From Macrostomum lignano (lineage: Eukaryota), in NCBI GenBank assembly GCA_002269645.1, contig NIVC01003270.1, positions 31,063 through 95,062 on the forward strand: a stretch of 64,000 nucleotides of DNA, given 5' to 3'. Numbering within the stretch: position 1 is the first letter of the stretch; every line of letters starts with the position of its first letter. Positions 10,101 to 21,901 of the stretch are shown here, in pieces. The translations under genes and the position numbers were made by a program. The notes beneath the pieces were generated by a model. It was not told the DNA's origin, searched no databases, and saw nothing but the letters and a program-made list of their open reading frames with translations.

Positions 10101-11935
10101 AGAGAAAAGCAGAAATCAAACCAGAAAAATGATTTTATCGAAGTACAAACAAGCGCTTTGCTCACGGTATTCTTGCGCCAGTGGAGACTCGGCTAAAATA
10201 TTCATGTGCAGTTGACTGTTGGAAATTTCGTCTGGTTAGAGCGACTGCTTAGACACACAGACACGAGTACATTGAGAATGACCCAGATGACCCAGTATTG
10301 AATACAGCTTTATAGTTCTATTGTTACCTCTGCAAACATAGAACTTGACACAGATTGTACTGTGTCTCAAACTAATACTATCTAATAATATTAATCATAT
10401 ATTCGCGGGAGGGCAGCAAAACACCCTGGCGCAATGCCTCCGGCAACATTGTCCGACACAACCATTGCATTGTATTGCGTTTTGAGCTTGTGGTCGACTT
10501 AGATCTAAATCTATATAAATCTAAACCTTTAAATCCCAGACAGACTCACTCAGGCCGGCCTTGTGGAAAATCTCCCCGATCCGGTCCTGCAGCGCCTCAT
10601 CGTACAGAGACCAGTCGCCGGAGGACAGGTCCAAGTCCAGGCCGAAGCTTGACGAGTGCGACAGCCGCGAGCTAGCCAGCAGGTGCGCCACGTGCACCTC
10701 CTCCCAGGCCGACCGGGCGTCCGCCAGCTGCCGATCGGCCGAGGCGACACCGTCGGCAACTTCGCGTCCGCCGGAGGCCAGACGGTCGCAGACAGTCAGC
10801 TGATCGGCGGCTTCAGCTGACAGCGCAGCGGCAGCATCGAGCAGGCGGTCCAGCATCTCCAGGGTGGCTGAAGGAGAACCCGCCGTCGCCGCCGTTGCTG
10901 CCGATGTCGCTCCAGCTCCAGCTAATGGCGGATCAACCGACGCCGAAGCGAAATCGATTCCCGAGTCCTCCATGAGCCAGCAGGCGGAGGTGGCCACGGC
11001 GGTTGATGAGGCAGCGCAGTCGGAGAACAGCGACTCGCCCTGGCGCAGCGAGGTCAGCAGCTGCTGGCGGGTCAGCTCGTAATCCTCGTCATCTGCGTCT
11101 TCTCGGTCGGCAAAGAGCTCGTCTTCGGCGGCTTCTTGATGCTGCTGCTGCGGCTTCTTGCTGTTGAACTCGTCTCGCCTCCGGCGAACTCGGCACCCAG
11201 CGAGGTGTCCAGGAACTCGGCAGCGTCAGCATCGGCTGGCAGCTCCGGGTCAACGCTGGGCGATTCGACTGCCGCGTTGCTATCGCCGTTGCTATGGACG
11301 CGAGCGTAGATGTGCAGCACCCGGTGGAACAGGTCCTGGTTGTGCTCGTTGACGTAGCCGGGCAGAGACGGCTGCTGGGACTGCTGGCGGGGCGGGGATC
11401 CGGGTGCCGCGGCTGGAATGGAGGGGTACAACAAATAGCTGGGTGTAACATCCGCATAGCAACAAAGCTGATAGCCAGATCTCTCAGCATTGAACTAACT
11501 CAGTCATCGCTCACCACAAGTGCCGGGCCAAGCAACTGCGGAATTGCCGACAGAGCCAGAATGAATAAACCAGCTGTCTCGGTTGACGGACTCCAAGCTG
11601 GACACGGCTCTGAGACTGTCAGTCCTGAACTCCACATCCTGAACTGAAGCGGCGGTGGCGGCAGCAGCTGAGCCGTCACCGTCAGGCAGCGCCTCCTCTG
11701 CTGAGTCTATCAGAAAATCCTGGTTACCACCGGCCGCTGCTGTAGCTCGACTGCCTTTGAATTCTCCGAAGTTATCGTCGCTGTCATCATCGTCGGGATC
11801 ATCGTAGCCCAGCAGGTGCCGGGTCTCACCAGCGATTCTCGCCGCACCGGCTGACGCCGGCAGCTGCCGCAACTCAATGGCGTCGGCAGCTTGGCGGCGA
11901 TTGCGCTGCCGCTGGTGCTGCTGGGTGTTGCCCAT
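6577..11935 (-). CDS. OTULIN/FAM105-like (peptidase C101 fold) protein with a long N-terminal extension; probably catalytically inactive
   Basis: Exons 11935-11515, 11412-10550, 8716-8373, 7494-7192 and 6917(or 6945)-6577, with compatible phases 1,1,0,0. Recalled OTULIN-like motifs appear in order: [20 protein letters not shown] (cf. IRRVRGDNYCALRATLF), [45 protein letters not shown] (cf. VTLIAEDDRHYNI). The model needs +1 repairs at ~11186 and ~6803. Confidence 0.7.
6962..7190. repeat. (GACA)n microsatellite making up almost all of a ~250-bp intron
   Basis: Directly visible. The minus-strand donor is CAG|GTCTGT. Confidence 0.97.
7840..8350. repeat. Higher-order repeat: four 22-bp monomers form an 88-bp unit, ~6 copies
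   Basis: TCAGTCCAAT recurs at 7841, 7929, 8017, 8105, 8193 and 8281. Confidence 0.95.
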
Positions 11936-12029
11936 TGGGGCGACTGACGCTGACCCGTTGGGTAGCGCTGGGGCCGGCTCTAGCGACTGCCGCGTGCGGG
12001 GGGCGGGTCGGGTCGTAAGTGGCGATGCT

Positions 12030-12212
12030 TTTGTGGCTGCTAAGGGGTGACTCTATTGCGATTGCTAAGGTGGTGATTCTCTTAAGGGGGTGATTCTTTT
12101 GCCGCTAAGGGGCAGGTGATTCTTTTGTTGCTAAGGGGGAGGTGATTTTAAGGGGGAGGTGATTCTATTGTTGCTAAGGGGAGGTGATTATTTTGTTGCT
12201 AAGGTGGATCTT
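12030..12212. repeat. Short degenerate ~25-bp array (TTTTGTTGCTAAGGGGGAGGTGATTC-like), ~7 copies
   Basis: GCTAAGG...GGTGATT recurs between the two genes. Confidence 0.75.
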
Positions 12213-12301
12213 TCGAGCATTTCCTAAGAACATATTTTATTCTTAAGAATAAAATGTGCATAAAAAGGCCAGTAGTTCAAACAAAGGTGTGAAAAAAAAC
12301 A

Positions 12302-12808
12302 TCACCAGAAACTCACAGTGCAACAATGCGACAAGCTGTCCTGACCAACACTAGCATCGCCTGCTTCAACAGCATCAGCTGGCAGGTGTCTAGTCCTTGT
12401 CTGTGCACTCTTAATCCGATAGCATCCGCAGCCGCAGGTGCAACAGTCTTCTTCCTCTTCTACAAGCAGACTCTCTTGACCTTCGGTTTCGCTAGTCTCT
12501 CCGAGTTGTCTTTGTTGTTGTTGTTGCTGTTGTTGTTTTTGTTGTTGTTGCTGCTGTTGCTTGTGGTAGCGACAGAACAGCCGGTAGGCGATCACGCCGC
12601 CGATCCCGATGCCGACAGCGGCTGACAGGCAGACGATGGAGCCGACACCGCGGACTGGAAGGCGGCACAGGGTGGCTGCTGAGTGAGCGCTGGTTGCGTC
12701 AAGCAGCAGGCTGCAAGCGCTGAGCAGCAGCAGGGCTGAGCTCACGCAGCAGGCGGCTAGGGACAGGCCCAGAGCCTGAGCTACTGATAGCCTAGAGCTA
12801 ACTAGCAT
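12302..12808 (-). CDS. Hypothetical 168-aa protein with two hydrophobic segments, a polyQ tract and a CCTCGCGC motif
   Basis: ATG at 12808 within ORF 12302-13000. It is GC-rich like the neighbouring exons, with a pyrimidine-rich acceptor-like site ~25 bp upstream. No homologue recognised. Confidence 0.5.
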   Translation of the reverse strand: MLVSSRLSVAQALGLSLAACCVSSALLLLSACSLLLDATSAHSAATLCRLPVRGVGSIVCLSAAVGIGIGGVIAYRLFCRYHKQQQQQQQKQQQQQQQQRQLGETSETEGQESLLVEEEEDCCTCGCGCYRIKSAQTRTRHLPADAVEAGDASVGQDSLSHCCTVSFW

Positions 12809-15800
12809 TAGCCAGGCCTCGCCATTAGTCTCCGCGGACAAAACAAAGAATCCGAATAAAATTAAACGAATGAAGAATAAAAATCCAGGCCCCCGATTTG
12901 ACTTGCTTCTGCCAGTCGCTATTTTTGTCTCTAATACCCCCGCGATATCTCCGCTGGCTTCGTGTTTCCCTCCCACCCAAACCCACGAACTGCGGAGCAC
13001 CTATCCTATTCAGACATTGGTTCCCATGGACCTCGCCTATACACTCTATACAGGTCCTACAGAACGATATGGAAGCGGGACTTGGGCCTAATACCGGTAC
13101 GAAATAATGGAAGCGCAGGGCTAGACGGAAGGGGGGGCAGGCGGAGAAAACGCAGATGTGGCGCTGCGCAGAAGGCCACCAACTAGCCATATCTTCCTCT
13201 CGTTCCCTCACTGCCCCCCCCCCTGCACCAATAGCAATGTCCTGTCAGCGGCGAGCTATTAATAAGACAGGCCAGTTCCGAATGGGTAACCAACCTGAAC
13301 TAACCAGCCAACCAGCCTTAGAAAAAAACCCGAGCCATTAGTGTAGAAAAGCACGTTAAGGCGAAAAAGGACGGGACAAGCGCTGCACGCGGTAACTGAT
13401 ATGCGCGTTCTTGTTCACAGGACCGGACATGAAAAATTGTGTTTTTTATCGGGAGCCAAGCCGGCAGTGTGGGACTGTCAGCTGGGCCCCGTTCTGTCCC
13501 TGCGGCTACCAACCCTTGGCTCGTACTGCGGGCAAGCATTGCAGACAGATACAGGCAGTGCAGGACGCAAAGTGTATGTGGGAACTCGAGTGCGGCCAAT
13601 GCCGTGTACCAAAGCCAACGAACTGCACTAAGGGTTTCAATCTGCCTCCGATATGCGTAATTTTATGGCTATTTTTTCAAGCTAACTAGCAACTGTAGCT
13701 TATCCACTGGCAACACGAAACGGGTCACTGGGCAAACAAGTTGTTTAATAATAATAATATATAATGTATGTTGCTTGTCTAAAACTAAACGTATAGAAAA
13801 TATTTTTAGAAAGGATCGAACTCTACAGTTTCATATACTTTGCCCACAGTAAAATACATTCAGCAGCAAATGATGCCTAGAGCCAATCCTGCATAATTTG
13901 ATGAAGTCCTAGGGACTGGAGGATACTGGAAAGGAAGGAGGTAATCGATTTTGTACAAGTTTAAGTCGCCGTCACTCTGTCTCCGTCCTACCCTAAAGAC
14001 TAGACTCAGCCTCAACTCTGCTCAGCCAGTCAGTCAGTACAGAAACTCCAATTGAGTGCAGCAGAGAGAACATTTGAGAGACGGCAGCTCCCAGTCTTCG
14101 AAAAAGTTTTGGAGACGAACTAACGGAGAGAGAAAAAAGTTAATTAGCTCGCTTCCGATCGAGATATAAGAGACCGAAGTATTCCCGAGAATGAGAATTT
14201 CCAGGACACGGAAGGGATAAGAAAAATTGATGTGCTCGCACAGCATTTTAATAATGCAATAGCAAGTCCAGCACGTATGTATTGCTTCGATTTTCCCTTC
14301 ATCGAGCCAATACTCGAGCGGCAGCGCATCATGCAATCATAAATCGCATGCGGAATAGACGGGCACTAATGCCAGGGGAAGCAGGAATCGATGCAGGCAC
14401 AGTTAACTGGGCAAACATTAAGGCAATTGCCTATAGAAGAAAGCTTGTTGCAGCATAAAGTCTAGTTAGAAAAGTTGTGCAGTATTGCCTAAGCTAGCCG
14501 AGCTAAAAATAGCAGAAACTGCAGTGTAATACTCGTATGTAGATTCTGTTGTGACCCAAACAGACCCGAAATGAGACTTAGGAGAGATTTGACAGCGGAA
14601 ACTAAACCTTTCTTTTATGTCCGAAAGGCCCACACCGAAGCCTGCCCAGTCAAGATTAGGGTAAACATTCCTAGGAAATGAACATATACTAGGTACTAGA
14701 AAAATAGTATATGTAGATTTTTTCGCTAAAAGATATTTAATAAGGGGTTATCGATTGAACGCTAGCAATTAGTGTCGAAAGCATCGCAAACAGCACGGGT
14801 TTTTAGACAGACTAGCCAATATTTCAGGCCTGTGACGCGGCAACTTACCCCGATCTAGATCAACAGAGACCAGCGGCAATGCTCGAGAGCGAAACGGGCC
14901 ACCACCGCCAGAGTGCAGTACCAATAGCAGCACCACTTTGCGTCTAGCCGACAATGAGCTCCCGCCACTGTTGTTGCTGCTAGACAGCCACATACTCATG
15001 CGGCCTCTGCCGCCGCTGGCGGGCCTGCGACCAAAGTAGCGTCTGCGCGATTCGGGCAGAGGACTGGCAAGACAAGCGGGATCTAACAGCGGCCTAGGAT
15101 GCGAAAAGCTTGGCCAACAGCTGGCAGACAGAGGGGTCAAGTAAGAGGACGGTAGATAGCCTAGCCGACCAGCGGATGCGACTGTAGTCGATAACAGCCG
15201 GAACAGACGGATGCGAAGAAGCCGCTTGATTAGTGGAGGCAACGGGCGCTCGGGGGAAGCATAGTGCGACCCCTTCCCGTGCAGCCCTGCCCTCCACCCC
15301 GCTGAAGCAAAGGCTAGCGGTACGCGATGCCAATTGTTGCCTTGCCCTCCTCGTCTTCACACACTCCTGTTCGCGTATTTTCTTCAGGCTTTGGCACCTT
15401 AGTTATTTCTTCGGCAAGAGCGGCGACTGTAGCCTCTAGCGTGGCTTTCCGTTGATTTCTATTCGTTCTCGCTCGGGTCCATGCTGCGCACTTTATAATA
15501 CCGCCTCTCACTATGCACCCATGTGCACATAGAAGATAGGGTAGTAGATTGGGCAGTATTTTCCGTCCACAGAATACTTTTGAACGATGGCGCGAGCGCA
15601 CGGGCGTCTCAGATACTTGGCAATTAAGCGGGGCTGTCTGTCAACGTATTCGATTCATGGCGGGAAAATATTGATGACTGGACTTCAAGACGCATGCTCC
15701 ATAACGGCGCGCTTTAGCTGGATATTTGCAGCAGCCACAGGGCTCGGATTAACTGAAGGTTGCGCGTAACGCTAACATGGGATTTTTCGCTAATGCGTTA

Positions 15801-18800
15801 TTTTTGCCAGAAAGGAGCAATTGAACCTCTTTGCGTTCAGCACGACCAAATGCGGCCAGAACAGAGGGCAGTCGGCCTCAGCAACCGCTGCGTCTGTTTT
15901 TCTACCCTTCAAGAGTGCAGAGTATAGAATGAGTCAACGCGGCGCTGGCGGAGTACGGGGCCAGCCAAGAGCAGGACGAGCAAAGGGGAACGGGATAGCA
16001 GGATGGATTTGCTGCGAATGCCGCTGTCGAATATAAATCGAATCCACAAAACGGGCGGACGGCCCAAGGGAAAGGGGGTAGGAATAGAGAGAGCGGCAGG
16101 CGAGTCAGCGAGATGGGAAAGGGCCACTAGTAGAAGCAGGCTCTAGGCAAGGGGGCAGGGACTAGAAGGGGGAATTTAGAAGACCGCCACGAGGGATTAA
16201 TCAAGGGACGCCGGGTGGTTGGAAAGAGAAAAAGAGCGCAAGAGATGAGGGGGCGGTAGCGGCAGACGCAAATCCGAGTGCAGAGTCGCTAATGCGAGCA
16301 GCGCCTTGAATAACAGCCGGATAGGAGCAAGCACGAATGGAGAGCAGCGTATTTCTTTACTAGCACAACTTCCTTGCTTCGCGGTTTTTTTTCTTTTCTT
16401 AGTAACGTTAAGCTAGACTGAAGCGTCTTTGCGGGAGGCAAGGTTCCTCTCAGGAGGGGGTACGGAGCTGAAAATCCGGCAGAGACGAGATTCGGGGAGT
16501 CGGGGTAATAAAGGGGATGGAAAAAATATGGAATGTCAGTGTAGAGGATACACGAGGCCTTTACAGCGCAGGCGATTCTTTGATGCGGAAGGCAACCACT
16601 TGTGACGAGGAGCGAAGGGGAAGCCTTCAGACTACCTCGGGCAGTTGGGCAGCTGCAGGCTCGAAGCGGACTGGCGAATCCAAGTTAGTTCTTAGATGCT
16701 GAATGAATAACTTTAGTCTGCCTCGCCAACTCGTCGGTTTTTCCACAAAATTGTTTGCTTTAGGACTGGATGGAATTCTTTTGGCCGCCAACACAGACTT
16801 GATGAATGCGTACGCAAGGCAGAGGAATTCCAAAGTTGTCTTTAATGTAAATCGGTATAGACAATCAGTTGAAAATTGCAAACGCTTGCTGTGGAGCTTC
16901 TTTTACTGTTGGGCTTCTCTCGGTGAGCAGATTAATTCAGTTGCTAGCCAAAATTTTAATTTAGTCTGACACGCACAGCAGAACGACGATCTAGTGAAAT
17001 GCAGAACTTTCTCTTCGGAATATTTGATAATATACAACAATGAGTGACAAACTTTGAGTCTCACACCCGAGCTCCTCTTATATGCAGAATTACGCTTCTC
17101 CGCCTGTTGCAGCAGTAACGAAAGCAGAAAAAGCTCGCAATAAAAGCAGAAAACTGAGTGGGTGGAGACTAAAAGGCGCCTGTGCGCAGGCGTGTGGACT
17201 AATGAACGAAGAATGAATAGAGAAGGAATGAGCGACCGCTTCTTTTAGCTTGAAGCAAATAGAAGATGCAGAAGGGAAAAGAGGAGAGACTGGGGGAAGG
17301 CCGGAGACGGGTCGTGTTCAGACCTGACGCGCAGACTGGACAGAATGCAGACAGACGGAGAGTGTGGAGGAGAGAAAGGGACTTGGGTCGCTGGTTGCCT
17401 ACACCAGAAACTAGCCCCGCACTGATGTGTCTGTCTACAGGGGGAGGAAGGAAAGATAGGCAGGGAGAATGCTCGCGACGAAGGCAACACACAGGGAACG
17501 TTTCCAAAGTGCTCGGAGCTGGAGGGAGAGAGTAGGATTAAAAATCAGACAGAAATGAGCAGTTCGAAGAGTCTAAATGGAATTATAGTCGAACAAAGAA
17601 GACAAATTAGGACAAAAGTGAAGCAATTTAACGGCTAGAACTGTTAAAAAGATGCAACTGTACTCTAGATGCTCAAGTAGAGTAACTACAGAGAGTGCGA
17701 AAAGCACTAGACTCAAGAGCGGACTTCTTTACGCGAACTTAGCTGCAAGAGCCTATTGAAAAGATTTTTTAGGAAAGCGAAATTGTCTTCTTTACTGATT
17801 CGAAAAGCTGCGCTGTGTTCCTCATATGATGCATCGCGTGTCGAAGTACACTCGATCTTCTGAGCCGGGACCAGCAACAAAGTTCTATTAGACTGATCAA
17901 CGGACGAGACTTCTCGGTATATTCGATCTTATCAAGGGTGCCTGATGAAGCTGAGCAGTTTCTGCTATCGAGACACTGCTCCAGGTTTAAACGTCCCAAA
18001 GATGGCTGATAAGAAACACGAGTGTAGAAATCCAATACCACCGAACGAAATAGGAAGCTTATGTTGTTGGACGCTTGAAGTAGCCGCTTGAAGCGCTGCC
18101 GCGTGAACTGAATGCAAACAGCAGGCGGAAGACAGGCCGGGCTTTGCGGGCAGCGCAAATTAAAATTCCACGAGTGACTCCCATCTCCCAGCCTGCACTC
18201 ACACATCTTAAGGCATTCAGTCCGGTTCAACAAATCCACATATTTCTACCCTGTGGAAGATGTATACGCCCGCAGAAAATAGCAACGGGAGTTATACTTT
18301 ACAAGTGAAAAAGCCGCATTTTAAAACCCAGGAATGCAGGCCAAACGCCCATAAAAGCCTTAGGTCTTAATCGATAGCTCGAAAGAAAGGAAAATTACAA
18401 CCAAGGCGCATGCGAAAGTCGCTACAGTTGGCTTCCAAGCAGCAATAGCGAAGCGCTCACCGCAGACTCAGACTATTAAGTATGTCAGCCAAGGGTCGGG
18501 ACTGGAATATTTTGATAGAAAATGCACGACGGGAGACAGAAGCGACTCAAATGGAGAGGAAACAAGGCGTACTTTTGAGTAACTAAATAACCCCAAGAGC
18601 AGAGGAACTTCGACTCGCTACACTTTCTTTTCTTATAGATAAGCAGGAGGCCGTCGAAGGTACGTATATTTTTCGCATCACAAGTGCATTTTGCAAAATT
18701 AAGAATGTGAGCACTGGTATTTTTGGTTTGGTAAGCGACATTTTTTGCCTGGCATCAGGAATCGTCAAGCTCTTAAAAAATAGCAACGATTTATTTTTTA

Positions 18801-21478
18801 AAAATCGATTTAGACGAAAATTGGTCGATAAATGAGAAAATGTGCATTTAATTAACAGTCGATTGCAGTCTTGCAGAGCGCTCACAGTGCACAGTGCTCA
18901 TGTGTACACCTAGAATACTCTAATGAGGGCACTGGCACTATGATTGTAAAGTTGCTTAAATGTACATTTTCTGACTTTCATTGACCCGTTTTCGTCTAAA
19001 TTGATATAAATGATAATAATATTTTTTTTGTCTTTTAGGGTTATTATTGTTGCTCATTTTTAGGAGCCTGACGATGCCTGACGCGAGGCAAAACATGTCA
19101 CTTAGCTCGTGCGAAAAATCTAGTGCTCACATTCGTAATTTTACTAGGGCATTTTCCAAGCCGATTGAGCCTAGGAGCAAGCAATTTAATCCTTAGTGGG
19201 AAAATAAAGCTATCAGGAAAATCAAGCAATCGGGGCGACGTAACGAAAAATTTCTGAACAAAGCTGCCACAGTATCTATTGGTTTTACCTGGTCTTACAA
19301 TGCCAAGATTGAGAAATTTAGCTCGAACTGCAAGCCAAGCAGCCAAACAGAAGCCAGACACCGATCGAGTGGAAGCAACTTCAAAGGGGACGCCGCCAAC
19401 GTGGAGATCACCTTCCAGTAAAAACAGCAGGGCAGGCGGCAGCTCCAAAGGTACCAACAGAACCTGCTGTCCATCCATGCCATCGGAGACTTCAAATTAT
19501 AATAATCAGACAAACTCATATACTGACAAGTCGACTGTATTTATCAAGGACAAGTTGGCAGTAAGTTCTACCATTCTGTTTCGATCTTCTTCGTTGACAA
19601 CAGTCAGATAGTAGCACTAAGAAGTCGGTGTATGATTTTTTAATAATAAATTCTGCTCTTCTGCTCAACAAGCGCAACTCGGTCTCTCTCTATAAGCGGA
19701 GAAGACTGCACTCCTTGCTCACACTGTGCGTGCCGCGAGCATTTCCGACAGTGCACGACTCTCGGACAACTTCCTGCCGTCTCAAGCCAGCAAGTCTTGC
19801 CCTGTCCGCCTGTTGTACTCAGATTGCTGAGACGGCGCTGGTTGAACTATGGGGGTTGGGCGATCTCAGCAAAGAAAAGTAACAGCTTACGCGCCAAAGG
19901 GAAGAAAAATGAAGCATTGGATGAGCTGCCAGATAAGAACACGAACATGTGCATAGAAATCCCATATAGACAGCCATTAGCTGCTCTGGTGGAAGAGAAT
20001 GGAAAGGGGAGTAAGCATAATTGGTGCGCGGTGGCCCAATGAACAAAATGCTTATGGAATTTGGAGGTAGCTACACGCGACTGGGAGAACTCAAACGTGA
20101 CAGAGAGCTCAGAGTGGGGAGAGAAAGGGAGTTCACTACTTGGGCAGCATTGATCAGCTCATAAATACATTGGGGACACGAGGCATTGGACGAACCTCAA
20201 CTCAGGAAACACGTGACTCATGCAACCCCTCAAAGTACTCAAAGGTGAAAATATTTTTGCACGCTTACTCACATGTTGACTGATTTCTCAGGGAGACGGC
20301 TCAGAGCACAGACAAACAGGTAGACTGGGATATTGGGACCACAGGCCAGATCTATCCGGCCATCGGGTAGTTTGAAACTTCACAACAGCAATTTAAACTG
20401 TTCAGGGTTTATATCTTCTCTCAGGTCCCTCCTCTCCCCTCTCCTTTATATTAGGTCATACCAGGATCATTTTAACTTTACAAGTCTCTTCTTAGCTATC
20501 TTCTTTATAATAGCTTTTCTTCTTTCTCCTCTCTCATTACATTCTTTCTTCCTTATCTCTCCTTTATTCTCCCTTGTATTCTCATTGACATTTTCTTCAT
20601 TCTCAGCTGACCCGCTAAGAACTGGAGAACCAAAAAGTCAATCCTACGATACCCTAGCCCAAAACCGCAAAGAACACAGCCTGAACTGATAGCTAAAACT
20701 ACACAAGAGAAAATAAATAGAAAACACAGACTGACACAAACAAGTACAGTGCCGCCTCAAGCCTTTCAATTTGTTCTTAGCTGAACACACAGAGAGAGAT
20801 GGAACAGCATAGAAACGCAGCGGGCAATTGAGCAGCTTTATATCAGATATAAAGCTGAATATGCAAACAATTGGTTTAATGTATTTTTGTAATTAGTAAT
20901 TAAAAATGATTTTGCAGGTGCATTGGTAAACAATATAATAGGAACTTTACACTTCGCGCGCCCGGGTGAGACTTGAGGAACAAAGAAAAGGGAAAGATGG
21001 GCTGGGGGGAGTCAAGAAGCTTTTTCAAGTCTCCAAGCCGCTGATGCAACAGAGAAGAGCTTAGAAAACTAGCAGGCCTGGCGATTTCACAATTTAACAA
21101 TTTTAGGCGACAAAAAACAAAAAAAATGCTAAAAACTGCGACTCTCAATCAGGCAATACATTTGGCTCTACTAACAGTAGCCTGATGCGGACATGAACTG
21201 AGCTCTGCATTCAATATGAGAATTTAATAGCCACAGAAACAGGCCTGGGATGCCCGGTCTGCTCAGGTCAAATTTCTAATGTTATACTAATATAAATTAG
21301 TCTTAACTAAACAAGAAAAGCGACAGTCAATGAAGAATAACACCCCAGATACGGCACAGCTGGGGTAGTTAGATGGAGAAGAAATGCAAATTTCCATCAT
21401 GCATTCTAAACACAATCGAATTGAAATATGAATGATTATTTATTATTCATGGGTTAATCTCCCACGGCCTCCAACAGG

Positions 21479-21617
21479 AAGGGGTTGGCAAACTGTTTTC
21501 CTCAAAAGTCCAGATAGAGAAGAGAGACAGACCGGATCGATATTGTGAAGTTTTAAAAAGGCCCGTGGGCCGGTTGGAGAGGCTTCGCGGGCCGCATGTG
21601 GAGTTTGCCAACCCCTG
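21479..21617. mobile_element. hAT/Charlie-type MITE (MER58-like), ~140 bp
   Basis: Perfect 15-bp inverted ends AGGGGTTGGCAAACT (21480-21494) / AGTTTGCCAACCCCT (21602-21616), with internal GGCCCG.GGGCCG motifs. No clear 8-bp TSD. Confidence 0.7.
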
Positions 21618-21901
21618 GGCCCAGAGGGTGACAACCGGGCCATGCCACAGAGTACCTGAATGCAGTATAGAGGCACAATAGAGTGAGAAAGCAAACACTG
21701 CATTACCCCAGAAGTAATCAGCAAATTAGTTCTAAGCGAATTAATTTAACACAATAAGCAGATAAACTGAGCCCAGTATTTCTTATCAACAGTGTTTTTT
21801 AGACTAAATTAAGAGAGAGAAGAAATTGCTACCCCAGTTGGGAACGAATGAGACAGGTGAGACAGAGGGGGGGGGGATAGGACAGGAGGGTTGGGGCACA
21901 T

